From a virus, in IMG/VR virus record IMGVR_UViG_3300023184_005116, positions 1-64,000 of that record: DNA of 64,000 nucleotides; one strand, written 5' to 3'. Within the stretch, counting starts at the first letter, position 1, and each line of letters starts with the position of its first letter. The position numbers and the translations under genes are program-made. The notes below the pieces were generated by a model that was not told where the DNA came from, did not search any database, and saw only the letters and a program-made list of their open reading frames with translations. Positions 18,936 through 30,600 of the stretch are shown piece after piece.

Positions 18936-20048
18936 ATGAAAACAAAAAATTATACTATCTTTGAGTACGAACCTCAAGAGAGAGAAGAACTAGAAAAAAA
19001 ATACACAAAGTATTTTGATAAAGAAGTTTCTGGCGATTTCCAGGGAAAGGATTTAAAAAATAATTCTTCCGTAAGAGTTAAAATTGTAAAATTTGACAAA
19101 GAAAAAGGAATTGCTTTAGGCGAAACTGCTTTTGGACAATCTATAGTTATTGATACAAACAAAGAGGAAAGAAGTTTAAGAAAACTTGGCTATCCATCTA
19201 TCGATATGGTAGAAGGACAAGTCCTTGAAGTTGTTGTTAATAAAGAACCTTCTGGTGCGTTTAATGGATCTGTATCAGCCGGATATGAAAAAGCTCTTAA
19301 GAAACAACTTCATGATGCTATTAAAACCAACAATACTGCATATATTGTAAAAGTTACTAGCGTATGTAATGGAGGATTTATGGTAGACTTATCAGGAATT
19401 CCGTGTTTCTTACCTGGAAGCTTAGCTGCTGCAAACAGGATTATGAATTTTGCGGATTATGTAGGAAAACAAATAACCGTAATGCTAGAGATGTACGATC
19501 AAAGAAGAGATATCTTTGTAGTATCTTTCAAAAAATATCTTAAAAAGATTATTGATTCTGAGGTACAAAACCTATCTTTTGCTAGTAAGTATGACGGTAT
19601 TGTTACTGGCGCTTCTGGTAGCGGAGTATTTGTTGAGTGGGACAGTATCTTTACTGGTATTATTCCTTTTGACGAATCAAATAAATCTATTACATCTGAA
19701 TTAAAAGCAGGGGATACTGTTACATTCTATGTTACTGATATTAAAAATCCAAACCGTGTAGTTCTTTCCGTAACAGAACCTAATGAAAAATTAAAGAATA
19801 TCCAAGAAATGAAGGATTCTTCTTATGATGTTTTAGGGGAAAATTCTGAATCGAAAATATATAAAGCAGAGATTACCAAAATGAAAACTTTCGGAGCCTT
19901 TGTTAGACTAGAAAACGGCTTAGCAGGATTAATCGAAAAAGAAAAATTGGTAAACTCTATTAAAGAATACGAGGTTGGGCAATTGGTTGATTGCTCGGTC
20001 TTAAGTGTGGATTTATCTACTCTTAAAATACAATTAATGGAAAACTAA
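18936..20048 (+). CDS. Ribosomal protein S1-like multi-S1-domain RNA-binding protein
   Basis: GGFMVDLSGIPCFLPGSL...YVGKQITV...IFVVSFK resembles bS1 domain 2; KAEITKMKTFGAFVRLENGLAGLI is a canonical S1 repeat; about 4 OB domains. Confidence 0.8.
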   Translation: MKTKNYTIFEYEPQEREELEKKYTKYFDKEVSGDFQGKDLKNNSSVRVKIVKFDKEKGIALGETAFGQSIVIDTNKEERSLRKLGYPSIDMVEGQVLEVVVNKEPSGAFNGSVSAGYEKALKKQLHDAIKTNNTAYIVKVTSVCNGGFMVDLSGIPCFLPGSLAAANRIMNFADYVGKQITVMLEMYDQRRDIFVVSFKKYLKKIIDSEVQNLSFASKYDGIVTGASGSGVFVEWDSIFTGIIPFDESNKSITSELKAGDTVTFYVTDIKNPNRVVLSVTEPNEKLKNIQEMKDSSYDVLGENSESKIYKAEITKMKTFGAFVRLENGLAGLIEKEKLVNSIKEYEVGQLVDCSVLSVDLSTLKIQLMEN

Positions 20049-20052
20049 TAAA

Positions 20053-21495
20053 TTGGCTAATCCACTTACTAATGATTTCTTTTACTCAGCAAAGATTGGT
20101 TTCGAATTTGAGTTCTACAGCAACTTAAATAGGGATGAAATTGCTGAGAACTTAGGGAAATCTATCGGTAAGAAAATTATCTTATTTAACAAGTATCATT
20201 CCAAATTCGTTCCAACAAAAGACGTATTTAAACTAGAACCAGATTATTCAGGAGGATCCAAGATGGTTGAACTCATCACGGGTCCTCTTCCTTATTTTGA
20301 GTCTATTCCTGTCTTAATTAGGATTCTTAAATGGATAGATTTGAATGGCTATACGGATAAAAGATGTGCTTTTCAATTTGGTGTTAGTATAGACACATCA
20401 ATCTATCCTGAGGTTCCTCCAGTAAGTCAACTTAATATGCTTAAATTTGTATTAGGTTTTGATGAAAATATAGTTTATAAAAGATTTCCTGATAGACAAG
20501 GATCTCTTTATGCTAAATCTATAAAGAGAATTACCCCTTCAAATAAATTTGTAGATCCATCTAATCTTTCTTTTATTGACAAGAACCTTTTTGAAGTTCC
20601 TGTTGAAAAAAACATGGGGATTAATTTTACAAAATTGCAAGACGGGTATTTTGAAGTTAGATATTTAGGAGGAAAAGATTACCAGAAAAAATATTCTTCA
20701 GTAAAAGAAGTAATAGATTATATTATTCTCTATACTTTCCAAACATTACAGTCGAATAATATTTTTACTGATAATGATCTTAAGGTTTTAAAATCCTTCC
20801 TTAATGAAATTTATAAAAGTGCTTCTACCTTTATTGATCCTAATGCTTTTCAGAAGAACTATCCTCACATGAATATAATGGTTGATTTAAGATCTGACCC
20901 ACAGATTCTTAGATCCTTCTTTATTAATATCCGCGAAGTTCTATATGATCTTATTGTTGAAAACGGAATAAAAGACGGATTAGTTAATTATGACAGTACT
21001 CTTGGTAAATTCCAATTAAAGGAAGTTAAAACTAATAGGGCATATCTTTTAAAAGATTATGACATATTAGAATCTGAAATAACTGGTAACCTTTTAAACT
21101 GCAGAATATTTTCCAGTAAGCTGAGTGATTGTTCACTTGAAGACTGCGATTTAATCACCGTTAACGAGGTTTATAGATCAAAGATAATGTATTCAGATAT
21201 AATGTTCAGTAACGCTGTACACGACAGTTATATTGATAATAAGGACAAGGAAATAAACTGCGAGGTTTATGGAGGTGTAATAAGATCTGGATATATTGGA
21301 AATCTTGCTACTATATCTCCGGATACAGAAGTTGTTAAAGATCCATCTGATGATAAAAAAATGAAGGGATCTTCTAAAAAAGCTTTATTTCCCAACAGGA
21401 ATGATGGTGAGACACTTTCGAAACCTGTAAGATTTAAAGATAACAATTCAAAGCCTTCAGGCATACCTGGAGTAAGATTCGATCAAAATAACTAA
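20053..21495 (+). CDS. Putative amidoligase (COOH-NH2 ligase) domain protein with C-terminal beta-repeat region
   Basis: IGFEFEF, LEPDYS..., VELIT.PL, T..RC, FEVRYLGG; TTG start. Confidence 0.6.
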   Translation: MANPLTNDFFYSAKIGFEFEFYSNLNRDEIAENLGKSIGKKIILFNKYHSKFVPTKDVFKLEPDYSGGSKMVELITGPLPYFESIPVLIRILKWIDLNGYTDKRCAFQFGVSIDTSIYPEVPPVSQLNMLKFVLGFDENIVYKRFPDRQGSLYAKSIKRITPSNKFVDPSNLSFIDKNLFEVPVEKNMGINFTKLQDGYFEVRYLGGKDYQKKYSSVKEVIDYIILYTFQTLQSNNIFTDNDLKVLKSFLNEIYKSASTFIDPNAFQKNYPHMNIMVDLRSDPQILRSFFINIREVLYDLIVENGIKDGLVNYDSTLGKFQLKEVKTNRAYLLKDYDILESEITGNLLNCRIFSSKLSDCSLEDCDLITVNEVYRSKIMYSDIMFSNAVHDSYIDNKDKEINCEVYGGVIRSGYIGNLATISPDTEVVKDPSDDKKMKGSSKKALFPNRNDGETLSKPVRFKDNNSKPSGIPGVRFDQNN

Positions 21496-21497
21496 TT

Positions 21498-22277
21498 ATG
21501 ACAGAAGCAGATTTAATCCAGGAAGTAAAAGACGAGATTTCACATTCTTGTTCATTACCTTATAACCTTAATGATCAAGAGATTAAAAGGATTATTAAAA
21601 GAGCTAGAGCTTATTTCTATGACAATTACCAATATGCAGTAGAAGATAGAATATTTGTTTTAGGGAGAGAATTATTTATAACTCCATCTTTTAGAGCTAC
21701 AAGACAAATTCAATTACCACAGTGTGTTGTTTCTGTATACGATGTAAGACAAGTAAACGGAGCGGGATTAATTGGAACACCTGATAAAGATTTTGGTGAT
21801 TCTAAATTATTAGGATCAGAGCTTATGCTTTCTCCTTTTGTTGGTGATAACTTGGTTTACAGAACTGTTTTATATTCTTTCTTTGATCTTGCTAAAGCAT
21901 ATTTATTAGAAAGCTATGCTTTTAATTACAATAAAAATACAAAGAAACTTACTATAAATGGGCGTGACCCAGCAAGATCTAATGGTACTGTAAGTGGTAC
22001 AGACAATAATATTCAAGGCGGTACAGATGTAGGTGTAAGAGCTTATATTGCAATACCGGAAGAAAGCCTTTATGATGATGAGCTTTTTGTAAGGTTTGTA
22101 CTTGCTGAAGCAAAAATTAATATTGGTAGATTACTTGGGACATTTGAATATAATCTTCCTGGTGGTGTAAGAGTTAACTATAACAACATCCAATCTTTAG
22201 GAACAACGGAGAAACAAGAGATTATACAAATGATCAAAGACGAAAACACTCCTTCATACTTCCTACAGTGGAACTAA
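21498..22277 (+). CDS. Neck protein, T4 gp13-like
   Basis: C-terminal AEAKINIGRLLGTF..NLPGGVRVNY...EKQEI pattern typical of gp13 family; YFYD near the N-terminus. Confidence 0.75.
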   Translation: MTEADLIQEVKDEISHSCSLPYNLNDQEIKRIIKRARAYFYDNYQYAVEDRIFVLGRELFITPSFRATRQIQLPQCVVSVYDVRQVNGAGLIGTPDKDFGDSKLLGSELMLSPFVGDNLVYRTVLYSFFDLAKAYLLESYAFNYNKNTKKLTINGRDPARSNGTVSGTDNNIQGGTDVGVRAYIAIPEESLYDDELFVRFVLAEAKINIGRLLGTFEYNLPGGVRVNYNNIQSLGTTEKQEIIQMIKDENTPSYFLQWN

Positions 22278-22321
22278 CCTCTTGCATTAATAATCTATCA
22301 AAAACCCCTTTATATTAAAAA

Positions 22322-22332
22322 GGAATATATAG
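22322..22332 (+). promoter_or_regulatory. Putative class B promoter GGAATATATAG
   Basis: Intergenic, 7 nt before the gp25 ATG. Confidence 0.5.
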
Positions 22333-22339
22333 ATTTAAG

Positions 22340-22711
22340 ATGGCAAGATTTTCCGAAATATATCCTAGAAATCCCGATGACCCAAATTACAAGGTTGGGT
22401 TATTACATACAGATGATGAGGTAGAAATCCTTATTGGTATGATAAAAAATTGTATGATGACTAGACCGGGAGAGGTTTTAGGAGATCCTTACTTTGGTAT
22501 AGATCTAGAAGGACTTCTTTTTGATTTTGGTGTGGACCAAAATACACTCGAAAGGGCTATAAGATTACACTTACTAACGTATGTTCCTCTTTCTAATTCA
22601 AGATATGATGTTGATTTTAAAATAGGGTTTTTAAAAGGACAAACAAGGGATGCTTGCATTATTGATTTCGCCATAAAGGGAAGTCCTATATTAGGTATTA
22701 AAATTTTATAA
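22340..22711 (+). CDS. Baseplate wedge subunit gp25-like
   Basis: IKNCMMTRPGEVLGDPYFGIDLEGLLFD = gp25 T..GE....P.FG..L..LLF signature. Confidence 0.85.
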   Translation: MARFSEIYPRNPDDPNYKVGLLHTDDEVEILIGMIKNCMMTRPGEVLGDPYFGIDLEGLLFDFGVDQNTLERAIRLHLLTYVPLSNSRYDVDFKIGFLKGQTRDACIIDFAIKGSPILGIKIL

Positions 22712-22714
22712 AAA

Positions 22715-24412
22715 ATGGATTTATTACAAAAGAACAAAGCCAAAATATCAGATCTTATAAGTCAAACATTTGATCTTATACAGGCTAGATATTCTATGTC
22801 TAGCCAATTATTTACTGTTGCCTCAGTTTGGGGACAAATTATATTTGTTCTGGATAACCTATCTCAATTTATTCTATACTTTATAGAGGATTCAATAACA
22901 GAGCTTAATATAAATCAGGCAACAAGAGAATCTTCCATTTATGGGCTTGCAACATTAGCTGGACACAATCCAACTAGAGCAATATCTGCAAAAGGTGAAG
23001 CTGTTATTGTATGGAACGGTAAAGGTTACGAAGATATTGGAGGTGGAGCTATATTAGTACCAAACAATGCAGAGATTAAGTGTGTCAATAACGGTAAAGT
23101 ATATTTAATAAAATTAAACCAAGATTATTTAAGATTAAATCTCGATGCTTCTTCAAAAATAATAGCACCTATAATCGAAGGCACATTAAAAAGTAACCAA
23201 TACACAGGAGACGGATCTAAGCTACAAAGCTTTAATATCTCAGCAAGAGGTACTTCGAGTATAGAGAATTTTGAAGTTACAGTTAAGGTAAACGGAGAAG
23301 AGTGGAAAAGATATGATTCTCTTTATGATATTCCAAGAAATTCTAAAGGATATCTTCTTAAAAGTTCTCTTATTTCTGGTATTGATGTTTTCTTTGGTAC
23401 TGTTGATTTTGGGTATCCTCCCCCATCTGGATCTATAATAGAAATTACATATTTAGAATCTGCGGGAGCTTTTGGTAATATTACAGTTGAGGATTCATCT
23501 CAGGTAATTCTAAAATTTGATTCTGATGGTACAGATCTATTTGGTAGAAACGTAACACTACAAGATTATATACAAATCTCTTGTTCAATAGCTCCTCAAA
23601 TGGGTGCAAACCAAGAGCCAATTGACTTAACAAGATTAATAGCACCAAAAACATCTAGAAGTTTTGTTCTTGCTAATCCAACTAATTACATTACATTTTT
23701 TGAAAAATTTGGGCAGTTTTCGATAATTGAAGCATTTACAACTTTTAATGACGAATACTTAGATGATGATAATATTATCTATTTAATCTTGGTACCAGAT
23801 ATCAGTCTTACGTTAAAAAGCAACGAATCTTATTTTGATGTTCCTGTCTCTAGGTTTAAATTAACCAAACCACAGATTGATAGAATTTATCAATTACTTG
23901 ATGAAAGCGGACAAAAAATTGTAACAACTGTTGTTAAAGTTTTAGATCCAACCATAATAAAATATGTTGTAAATATTGCAATTACTATTTTTGAAGGAAA
24001 TGATCCAGATACAATAAAAACACAAATAGTAAATATACTAAGTGACTATTTCTTAAATATTAGAAGAAGAGATAAAATACCAAGATCTGATCTTATTGCA
24101 TCTATAGAAGGTGTAAGCGGTATAGACTCCGTTTCCTTATATTTTGTGGGACAAGAAAACGAAGCTGCTAAAGCTCAAAATTCAAATTCTCCTGAAATAG
24201 GATTCGATGAATTTGGAGATATACTAATAGGAAAAGACGAGATAGTAATTATATCAGGAGGTTGGGAAGATCGAAATGGTATTTATTACGATTATGGCGC
24301 TAGTATGCAAACATTATCTTCAGTAAATATAGACATAAGAGCTATAGTACCGGTAACTTATAATACCAAGGTAAATAACATACTTAAGTCATCAATAAAA
24401 TCAGGAAATTAA
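22715..24412 (+). CDS. Baseplate wedge subunit gp6-like
   Basis: ELNINQATRESSIYGLATLAGHNP.RAISA; VFFG..DFG.PP..GS.I.ITY; follows gp25. Confidence 0.8.
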   Translation: MDLLQKNKAKISDLISQTFDLIQARYSMSSQLFTVASVWGQIIFVLDNLSQFILYFIEDSITELNINQATRESSIYGLATLAGHNPTRAISAKGEAVIVWNGKGYEDIGGGAILVPNNAEIKCVNNGKVYLIKLNQDYLRLNLDASSKIIAPIIEGTLKSNQYTGDGSKLQSFNISARGTSSIENFEVTVKVNGEEWKRYDSLYDIPRNSKGYLLKSSLISGIDVFFGTVDFGYPPPSGSIIEITYLESAGAFGNITVEDSSQVILKFDSDGTDLFGRNVTLQDYIQISCSIAPQMGANQEPIDLTRLIAPKTSRSFVLANPTNYITFFEKFGQFSIIEAFTTFNDEYLDDDNIIYLILVPDISLTLKSNESYFDVPVSRFKLTKPQIDRIYQLLDESGQKIVTTVVKVLDPTIIKYVVNIAITIFEGNDPDTIKTQIVNILSDYFLNIRRRDKIPRSDLIASIEGVSGIDSVSLYFVGQENEAAKAQNSNSPEIGFDEFGDILIGKDEIVIISGGWEDRNGIYYDYGASMQTLSSVNIDIRAIVPVTYNTKVNNILKSSIKSGN

Positions 24413-24413
24413 A

Positions 24414-24662
24414 ATGGAAGATAAAAAAAGCTGGTACGAGTTTATAAAAGAGCAAAATGATATTAGATCTAATATCGGTTTTGATTACGAAGGAAAAATC
24501 TTTGAAAAAACAATGTCAAACCAAATTTTAAATGGAGACGAAAATAGACTTTTAATTCTTTCTAGTATCGAAAAGGTTGTTCATAGATTATTCGAAACTA
24601 CTAAGTATATCAAGAACTATATAAACTATACAGTTCCAAAAAATAATAAGTACGTAAGATAA
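24414..24662 (+). CDS. Small hypothetical protein (possible baseplate component)
   Basis: 82 aa, tightly packed between gp6 and the gp7-like gene. Confidence 0.55.
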   Translation: MEDKKSWYEFIKEQNDIRSNIGFDYEGKIFEKTMSNQILNGDENRLLILSSIEKVVHRLFETTKYIKNYINYTVPKNNKYVR

Positions 24663-24663
24663 T

Positions 24664-27600
24664 ATGACAACTCAAAATCTTCTATTTTTTGACAAAAAAG
24701 GCGAGCAATATAATTTTGCTTGGAACGGAAGTTATTGGGAAGGATCTATATTATTCCCTGTAGTTTCTGAAAAACTTTTTGAAGTAGAGCACATCTTTGT
24801 TATTGAGAAATTTCTAGATGGCTTAGGAGAAACTAAATACGGTTTTCCACACAGTTATGGTATAAGTCCAGGATCTCCTATTTGGAGAACAAGATGGGAA
24901 AATGACTATGACGGAAAAACTAACGTCTCTTCCATTATCTATACCTATGAGCTTGGTATAGACACAACACTAGATGCGCCAGTATTGGTCAAAGCTAATA
25001 ATGTTGAATTTTATCCTGAGGTTGTTTCCGGAGATACAATAGCTTCTCCTAGTGGTATTGTTGTAACTAGCGATATTACATCTTCTTCAATGCAGGTTAA
25101 TATTGCACTTACTTCTAACGAAGAGGGAATATACGACAGAACTTTAATATTCGAGGATTATACAGATCCAAATAATCCCGTTACGATATTAAAGGTAAAT
25201 TTACACGGGGAGGTTGAAGGAGAGGATTCAAGATTATCTGTTCTTTTAGATAACTTTGGTAGATCTTTTATGACTACCGATTCTTTTATTGTGAGAGATA
25301 CAGACATTAAAGAACCTTTACCTGATTTTGAAATTATTAATAAGAAAAGAAAGGAGCTTTTGCTTACTGGGGAAAGTATTTTCCCTTATTTAGGATCTTA
25401 TAAATCTCTATTTAATGCAATAAAATTCTTTGGGTATTATGATTTAAGGGTTAAAGAATATTGGTTAAATGTACACACAGATACAGCAACAGTTTTAACC
25501 CCCCTTCAGCAGAATAATAAAATTCTTAAACAATTAGCTGCTCCTACATTAACGGGAGAAAGCTCATTGGAATTAATTAGTAGTCTTTTAAAAGACGAAA
25601 ACGAAGGTAAGTTTAAACATGTAGAAATCTACGGAAAAAGGAAAGACGGAACTTTTGGATTAAAAAAACAATTCGAAGAAGTATTCCCATCTAAGTCATA
25701 TAAAAAGACTTCATTGTTTGGATTATTTTATGATATAAACAGAGAGGTTGAAAATCAAGACGAAGATCAATATGGATATCCTATTGTTGAAGATGCTTTT
25801 CTTTTTAGTCCCGAAGAAGTTCTTTTAAAACTATTTGGATTAAAAGAAAGACTTAAAAGAGATTACCTTCCACTTAATGCTAGAATCGTAGACATTACTG
25901 GTGAGGGTATCTATTTTAATATTTACAAAACAAGAGGATGGGTAGATCAGCTAGGTATAGACGAAGTAAAATCCGGTATAAAAGTAGACTTTAGTGTTTA
26001 TCCTGGTAATGGCTATGTAGAGGATCTTAGACCTTTTTATATAAAACCAAACCAAGATGGATTATTATATCCTGCTGTAAATGGAACTGAATCTGGTATA
26101 AGCTATTACGGAAATACTATAGAACCATATTCTTATTATCAAGAATATCCAGTATCTAATATTCCATTATTAACTCAAGCTATTCAAAGCTTTTATAAAG
26201 ACGTTGAAAACGGAGAGATGCCTAAGTTCTTAGGTGATGGAGATTATGATCCACCTGGATATAAGCTATTCTCTACCGGTGAAGAATTTGTATTTCCTGC
26301 AGGATGCCCAGTTATAATTAAGGACTCCACGTTTACTCTAGCATGGGACGAATTAAGCCGTACTTGGGATTCTTTAGATGCTACAATAACTACCAATCTT
26401 TTATCTGTTGCTAGCTATACAAATACAGTATTACCTAATCCTGGATCTCCTTTACAGTCAGTAAACAGCACAACAAGTATTTCTTTAAATAGTACAATAC
26501 CACAGGTTGTTACTTTAAATATTGGTACAGGAAATGGATGGTTTAGCTCTTCTACTGATGTAGTTTTTGTTAGAATAGAGTCTACATTATCATCTAGTAA
26601 TCTTATGCTAGGATATGTTAATCCTGGAGATTATAATACAGGTACTGGAATTTTAAATGTTCAGGTAATATCTGTAAGAGGCTCTGGTACTTATTCAAGC
26701 TGGAAAGTATCTCCTACCAATCTAACATTCTCTGGGTATAGCTTTGACTACTTTGAAAACTTTGTACACTCCGGAGGATTTTATTCTTGGGCTAGATTAC
26801 CTTATTTAGATTTTTATGAAATTGAATGGACTATTTATAAAGAAGACGAAAGGCCATATTATTTCCAAATTAGAGGAGCTCTTCCTGATTTAGAAACACT
26901 TCCTCATTTTTTACCTTATACAGGAGAATATAATGTTCAGTGTAGAGTTTGGGACACTTTAAATTCAATATCTTTAGGGATAAAAAGAAGTGTAATAAAG
27001 GTAGACAAGAAACAAATAGAATTAAATACAATTACCAGATATAGAGAATCTGAGATTTATGATTGGGATAATATGCCTTTAAAATGGGAAAGTTATCCTT
27101 CTCAATGGATATGGCCGGTAGAGAATACCGACAAGACAATAAGTGTATCAGACTTTATACAGAATTTCCCTGAGTATTCTAATAATTTTAATGAGGGACA
27201 AAGCTGTGAGGTACTTTCAAAAGTTCCTGAGGTTAAAGCTACAGCAATATTTGATCTTGGAGCAAATTCTGTATCAATAATTAATATACAAAGTGCTTTT
27301 GTCTCTGGTGGATATTCTTTTGCTACTGTAACAACAACTACGCCTCATGGATATTCTTCTGGTGATTTTGTTTGGATCTTTGATTCTCTAGGTGCTCCTT
27401 ATGGTAATTTTCCAATAACAGTAACCGGTCCAACTACTTTTGAGATACCACAGATAGTAATAACTCCTATAACTGGAGGATTAATATATGGGGCAGGAAC
27501 AATAAAAGTAATTGCCGATGGCGTTACTATTGCTGAATGTGGTTTCCAGGGAGATTTAACATCTACCGCTAGTACAGTTTATTATCTAATAAACACATCT

Positions 27601-30600
27601 TTAAATCTTCCTAAGTGTAAAGTTATAACATTACTTGATTCCGTTACCCCTGGAAATAAAACATTTACTATACAAGCCCCAAATAACAGCGGAGCTTTAT
27701 GGAACGGGAAAGTTTTAAATGTACAAACAACGGGATGCTTATTTTCAACCCCAATTAATACAACTTTTAGCGGAGGTGTAAACGAAACAGAGGAATACAA
27801 ATTTTATGACTTCAATAATTCCCTTCCGACAAAAGAAATGAAATATTGGGGTACTAAAAGATTATCATGGGATACTTTTGAAGACTTTGAATTCGGTAAA
27901 GCATATGCTCATACTTGGGATATGTTTGATTATCATAATGATTGGCTAGGTGGATTTGATTTATACTCTCTTCAATACGGAGACAGAATAAGGGTTACTA
28001 GTGAAACTGATGGAGTAGTTCTTACTGAAATTAGTTCGCCATCAAATAGCTACCTTGGATTAGGTGAAGCTGCAGAACAATTGAATAGTTCTCAGGACGA
28101 AAACATTAAAAGGTTTAATTACATAGTTAGAGGATTTTCAGATCTTCCTAATAATTTTTATCCTAATCAAAATCTAAACCCTGTTTCTCCAGATTTAAGT
28201 ACGGACCCAGGACCAAAAGATGTTACTACTAGATTTTTTAATGTTCCTTTTTCTGTACCAGGAGCTCAAGTTTCTGGACTTGGGTGGGACGGTGACGGAG
28301 ATATATGGATATCTGGTACAGACGTTATAAGATTTGATGGTCTTAATTATACAACATATGATTCGACAAATAGTGTAATGCCAACTTTAGGAGGACTTAC
28401 TAATTGTATTAAGGTTGATAGAAACGATGTTAAATGGATAGGTGTAGATGGTAGCTATAAACCATTGGTTAGAATAGACGAAAAAGATCCATCTAAAAGC
28501 TATGCTTTTGATGTTACGGATTTTGTTGATAATTCAGGAACTCCTGTATGTGCTAATGTGCCTTCAACCATTTATCAAATAGAAACCAATACACAAAATG
28601 GTGATATATTTGCTTCATTCTATACTTCAGTTTCACCTGGAGAAATTGGATTATTATATTATGATGCTACTGAAAAATCTTGGCATTTATTTAATGCTAA
28701 TAATTCTGATATAACCCCTGGAGTAATTAATACCCTTAAATTAGAACACCATTCTATGAATAGATGGTATTTATGGATAGGGACAAATACAGGTATTTCT
28801 AGATTTGATGGAGTTAGTTTTAAACACTATGATACTTCAAATTCAGGATTACCTAATGATTATGTATATTCTATTGAAATTGATAAGCTTGGACATAAAT
28901 GGATAGGCACTCAAGATGCTATAAGCTATTGGGATGGGACAAGATGGGCAGTTTGGAACAGCTCAACAAATCCTGAACTAGATCCTACAGGACAATATCT
29001 TTCTATTGTAGATTCTGGAAATTCTAATGTTTGGTTTGTCCTAAAAGGATCGGGGATAAGCCTTTGGCACTTTGATGGATATTTCTTTACTAAAGTTGAA
29101 TACCGAAATGATAATGTAACTCCTATTGATCCTACAGCAGCAGGATACGGAAATCAGATTCTTGTAGCTCCTTGGAAAACCGTAAAAAATGGGGAAACAT
29201 TTTTTCCAAAAAGTTTGTTCATAGGAACTCAGGCGGGTGAATTAGGTGTAGTTGATTACATAATTCCCCACATACATGCTACTTCAACAAACCCTGGTAC
29301 TAATGGATGGGATTTCATATACCACGAAACATCTAAGCCACTTCCTTCCATCGAGTACATTCATAATTCAGGTATAGGACAATCTCAATTAGGTTTCAAT
29401 TTTATATTGGGTCCTTTAAATGATAACATCACATTAAATTCAGATTACACAAGACCAGTAATGGCTCATGTTGATAGACACTCATGGTATAAGCCAATTT
29501 GGCAGCGTTATCCGATCGATTATCTCAAAGATCAATTCCCATCATTAAATATTGACGATGTCTTCTTATATGCGCCTTTAAGAGATATTCTAAACGGAAA
29601 AGCAACAAAGGAAAGCTATTGGAGAAATTCACAGATAGAAAGAATTGCTCAGAAAAAATCTAGGGATCTTTTAGAAAATTTTGAATGGGTTGTTACACTA
29701 GGTGATATTTATAGCGACATTGGTGTAAAACTAACAGTAGATAGCGAGGGAGATATAATAGCTCTTGGTAACTTCGAGGGTAGCATCTTTATGGGGGAAA
29801 CCAATAATATTAATCCTATATACTTAAGCGTAGCCGGATCTAACCAAGGGGTTTATTTAGCTAAATATAATAAAGGCGGAGTATTACAATGGGCATATTC
29901 AAGAGAAGACGTAAATGCTTCTGCAGGATCTGTCACAACAGATGCTAACAATAACATATACTTTGTTTGGAATTCTGATAATGGAACAACTGCTGCTATT
30001 AATATACATAAGACCTCGTCTATGTTAACTAATATGAGTGCTTTGTCTATAACAGCTACTACAGGTACTCCTACTATAAATGATATAAAAGTAGACAAAT
30101 ATGAAAACGTTTATATCTGTGGTGAATTTGAAGGCACCATAAATCTAGGAACTTATACATTAACAAATACCGGATCCAGCCCTGCTGCATATTTAGCAAA
30201 AATTGATTCTACATTATCTTTTGTTTGGGCTAAACAATTAGGAGACGGAACAACTAATTATAATTCTGGAAGCTCACTAGCTTTATTAAAAGAGGAATAT
30301 TTATATTTAGCAGGTAAATTTACATCTTCTGTAGATTTTGGAAATACCCAATTAACTGGAGTTGGTACTCCTGATGCCTTTATTGCAAAAATAAATACAG
30401 GAGATGGTAATTGTATCTGGAAAGAATCCCTAGCATCTAGTTCTTCGACTGTCTTTACTTCTATATCTATTTCGGTAGATCCAAAAGGTCATGTATTATT
30501 AACGGGATCGTTTGAAGGAACAATTGGAATCGAAAACCAAACTGTTAGCTCATTCCCTGGAACTACTGATATATTTGTTATTAAACTTCTGTCCACTGGA

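Noticed and set aside
22278-22325. Possible rho-independent terminator (CCTTT...AAAAGG)
   Set aside because: Stem is short, AT-rich and imperfect, with no U-tract
6120-24412. Extracellular contractile injection system or T6SS rather than a phage tail
   Set aside because: Neck protein gp13, gp32, primase and UvsW/UvsY indicate a complete phage
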